This document shows, one piece after another, positions 61,073-64,000 of a stretch of 64,000 bases of DNA. Source of the stretch: Waterburya sp. (GTDB taxonomy: Bacteria > Cyanobacteriota > Cyanobacteriia > Cyanobacteriales > Xenococcaceae); assembly GCA_965217895.1 (NCBI GenBank), contig CBDCJV010000002.1:2592001-2656000 (forward strand), read 5' to 3'. Below the pieces are notes generated by a model. That model did no database searches. It saw nothing but the letters and a program-made list of their open reading frames with translations, and had not been told where the DNA came from. The position numbers and the translations under genes are program-made. Numbering within the stretch: the stretch's first letter is position 1; each line of letters begins with the position of its first letter.

Positions 61073-61393
61073 ATGTTATACCATTTAGATTTTCAAATTG
61101 AATATGCGGATAATATGTCGCAACACGATCTCTTTACGATCTGGGCAGAAGAGGCTAAGGCTGCACTGGACGCTAAAAAGGCAGGAGTTATAGTAGATTT
61201 GTGGAAATGCGTGGGAATGCGTCGCGTAATTGCGATCGTCAATGTTGCTTCTGCCGATCTACTCGACCAAATTTTGCTGGATTTACCCATTATGAAAAAG
61301 ATGGGGCAGTATGTTTATGTGGATGTCGTTTCGTTAAGACCCTATGAAGATTTTGCTATGGATGTAAGCAATCGCCTTTCTGAATCCAACTGA
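61073..61393 (+). CDS. Muconolactone delta-isomerase family protein
   Basis: ML.H....I, E...A.....G....LW...G and L..LP motifs; 106 aa. Confidence 0.75.
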   Translation: MLYHLDFQIEYADNMSQHDLFTIWAEEAKAALDAKKAGVIVDLWKCVGMRRVIAIVNVASADLLDQILLDLPIMKKMGQYVYVDVVSLRPYEDFAMDVSNRLSESN

Positions 61394-61627
61394 TTATAGG
61401 TAAGATTTAGAGAAACTGACTTGTTAAAAGTTCACTTTGCCGAAACCTGGAACGAATTACTTAATGAATCCAATCCCCGTGGTTGTTCTCAAGCGAGACT
61501 GAATTTGTCATTATTTTCAGCTTATTACCTGCCCTTTTCTGATCCCGAACTCACGTTGACTAAGGCTGACCAGAAAATTAAAGATATTATTATTGAGCTA
61601 AATCGTTTTAACAAATTTGTTTCTTAC

Positions 61628-61801
61628 TCATGATTTTGCAGAAATATTCTGAGGAATATATAGCTGTGACTCGTAGTCTTCTTCGATTTCGGTTTTAGGT
61701 GTGGAAAATACAAAAACTGCCATCCTACCTAAAGCAAAGGCTAAGAAGATTCCTGCGATCGCTAAGATAAAGGTAATAATAAGATTACTGGGTCGTTTCA
61801 T
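61628..61801 (-). CDS. Small single-TM membrane protein (57 aa, not in the ORF track)
   Basis: MKRPSNLIITFILAIAGIFLAFALGRMAVFVFSTPKTEIEEDYESQLYIPQNISAKS*; basic N-terminus then a hydrophobic helix. Confidence 0.5.
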   Translation of the reverse strand: MKRPSNLIITFILAIAGIFLAFALGRMAVFVFSTPKTEIEEDYESQLYIPQNISAKS

Positions 61802-62175
61802 AATTTCTAATAAATATTAATATAAAAGCGCGATCACTAATTTAAAAATTTATAATGCGATCGCCTACTTGGAACAAGTTCAAAGTTATTATAAACTTTG
61901 GTAGGCATAGATTTATCTTTCATATCTGCATTCTTCATTAATGTATACTCCGCCATCTTCTTCAATTCTGACTACATCTAAGTTTCTCTCAGTAGCTTCA
62001 TCAAAAGCCACTTCTAAAATGCCATCTTCGTTAATCATTGGTTCAGTGCTGCTATATGTAGATTAAACAATTACCCCGATCAACTTCATCTGTTGTAAGG
62101 ATGAAAATGTTGTAAGGATGAAAATGCCCATAATTATTAGTTAAATTAAATACAACTTTAGTTATACATTGCGTT

Positions 62176-64000
62176 TTAAAACTGCCAGCCAAGTAAGTTC
62201 CAGTAAGCAAGTAGGGGAACAAAGGTAATTGCCGCAATAGTGACTAAAGTATAGTGCGATCGCCCTTGCCAAGACCAATAGTTTTTCCGCCAAATCACCA
62301 GCATCATGATCGACAAGATGGCAGATAATACAGCAGTTAATATCGGGATAATAAGCAAGCCCATTGCTACAGGAGGCACGCCATAAACTAGTTTCCAAGC
62401 ACCCCACCGCCATAGGTACAATGGCAATCCAACAATGAAAATTAGATTTAATATTCCTACCAAACCAGCTATAGTACGAACCCAAGTTAATTTGGGTAGT
62501 TGCCTTGCTTTCCCTAGCAAAAGCCCCAGCAATGGGCGAACAATGCCTGCAACTGTAGCTGTTAGAAACAACATCAGGCAGAAAATTAATATTCCTAAAT
62601 GTAGCTTAATCGTCTCGTACCAAGGCACTCGTTGATATGTATTAATTTTGGGGTACAGGGGATTGGAAACATGAGTAATTTTTCCCGAATCGTCGGCGAC
62701 AAAATAAACATAGGCATTATCGTTGTTGCGGTAAAATAAACTTGGTTCTTGAGTAGGAATTAGTTTAATATTTTTGACTTTGCTGCGGAACAATAATGGA
62801 GGAGTTTTAATTAGTAAAGTTCCTTTTGCTTGGGTAGTAACTTGAATCTCTTTAGCAATACCAGTAATCTTGGCAATAGTCGATCGCGGATACTCCATAT
62901 CTCGAAAAGTGCCAGTATATTTTTCTAACTGTTGAGGTGATAATTTGCCAGCACTAATTTTTGTCTGAGGTGCTGGAAAGTAACGATTAAAGAATTGATT
63001 AAGGAATTTACTATGTACGCCACTAAAGCTATTGGTTGCAATAAAAATACCGATGTTCTCTTTAGAAATCAAAGTAAGGGAACTAGAATAACCTCGCAGA
63101 CTACCCAAATGTCCAATTGCTCTTTTATTGTTAATTAAACGTTCTCTAAAACCATAGCCCGTACCTGGTAACTTGGGATGTATCTGGTAGTGAGTCGAGT
63201 GCATCAATTCAACGGTTTCAGGCTTCAATATGCGATTGTTTTGATAGCTTCCCTGCTGTAAATGAGCCAGCATAAAATGAGCCATGTCGGTGGCGGTAGT
63301 AGTCAAGGCAGCAGCAGGAGCAATATTAAGATAAAGGTAGGGAACTGGTTTGGCTTTACCATTCTGTATTTGATAACCTGTAGCCAAGTTTTTCGGTAAT
63401 TCAGATACGGGAGGTTGCTCAAAACTACTATGGTTCATTGATAGGGGTTGCAAGATATTCTTATCTATATATTCGACAAAAGGTACACCCGATATCTTTT
63501 CTACCAGGTAACCTAGCAGGGCAATACTGTGATTTGAGTAGCTATAAAACTTGCCTGGAGGATAGTTAATTCCTGGCATATATTCAGGCAGATATTTTGC
63601 CAACGGCTGTATCTGGGCTTTGGTTCTCGCACCTAATCCCACTAAACGCTGTGTTGTGCCGTCGGTGTGCATCATCATGCGGGCTGGGGTAACAGGTTCG
63701 GGGTAAGGATTTTCTAATTGCCAGCCTTCTAAGTATTGATCGACATTATCATTTAAAGCAAGATCCCCTTGTTCGTATAGCTGCATTGCTGCGGTAGCGG
63801 TAAATAGTTTTGAAAGGGAAGCTACCCGAAACAAAGTCTTTTCCGCATCTACAGGAATCTTTTGCTCTATATCTGCATAACCATAGCCATTACTAAATAA
63901 AATTTCGCCATCTTTTACTATTGAAATAGCTGCCCCAGGTATATTAGATTGTTCTAGCTGTTGTTTAAAATAACCATTAACAAAGGTTGCCAAGTCTTCA
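62176..64000 (-). CDS. Serine hydrolase / class C beta-lactamase-like protein with C-terminal TM helices, 5'-partial
   Basis: FRVASLSK (SxxK), YSYSN (YxN) and HLG motifs; four C-terminal TMs; the frame continues to the window edge. Confidence 0.88.
   Translation of the reverse strand, partial: EDLATFVNGYFKQQLEQSNIPGAAISIVKDGEILFSNGYGYADIEQKIPVDAEKTLFRVASLSKLFTATAAMQLYEQGDLALNDNVDQYLEGWQLENPYPEPVTPARMMMHTDGTTQRLVGLGARTKAQIQPLAKYLPEYMPGINYPPGKFYSYSNHSIALLGYLVEKISGVPFVEYIDKNILQPLSMNHSSFEQPPVSELPKNLATGYQIQNGKAKPVPYLYLNIAPAAALTTTATDMAHFMLAHLQQGSYQNNRILKPETVELMHSTHYQIHPKLPGTGYGFRERLINNKRAIGHLGSLRGYSSSLTLISKENIGIFIATNSFSGVHSKFLNQFFNRYFPAPQTKISAGKLSPQQLEKYTGTFRDMEYPRSTIAKITGIAKEIQVTTQAKGTLLIKTPPLLFRSKVKNIKLIPTQEPSLFYRNNDNAYVYFVADDSGKITHVSNPLYPKINTYQRVPWYETIKLHLGILIFCLMLFLTATVAGIVRPLLGLLLGKARQLPKLTWVRTIAGLVGILNLIFIVGLPLYLWRWGAWKLVYGVPPVAMGLLIIPILTAVLSAILSIMMLVIWRKNYWSWQGRSHYTLVTIAAITFVPLLAYWNLLGWQF

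Noticed and set aside
61421..61633. 70-aa ORF after the muconolactone-isomerase-like gene
   Set aside because: TTG start, no SD and no motif I can recognise; possibly a gene fragment but unsupported.

Overview
This is AT-rich cyanobacterial chromosome, shown by the abundant HIP1 octamer GCGATCGC and cyanobacterial orthologue clusters (the Synechocystis sll1769-sll1770-pphA arrangement, rpsB-tsf, an rbp gene). Core genes are fsa, pphA, aroK, argB, tsf, rpsB, murE, pip, argJ, htpG and a Zn-type P1B ATPase with its SmtB/ZiaR repressor. Accessory loci interrupt them: (1) a 5'-truncated divergent actin/Hsp70-fold ATPase followed by two coiled-coil proteins carrying four copies of an unnamed ~118-aa domain; (2) a Rab-like small GTPase coupled to a longin/roadblock-like-TM-BON-OmpA envelope protein; (3) a double-CBM2 bacterial expansin; (4) a 1429-aa multi-domain phosphatase with a putative Pho box; (5) a doubly inactivated restriction-modification gene; (6) a redox cluster with three YcaC hydrolases, HxlR, a WrbA-like protein, a CMD protein, YciI, a UBP Zn-finger and a CxxC-less cNMP-TrxR; (7) a decayed IS630 directly abutting the last codons of an ECF41 sigma factor (NPDKL motif), followed by two perfect ECF41 promoters upstream of nitroreductases, a tyrosine-coordinated heme protein and a muconolactone-isomerase-like gene. 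At least three MITE families with recognisable TIRs and target duplications are present. I saw no rRNA, tRNA or CRISPR array. All family calls come from motif recognition by eye, not from database searches.
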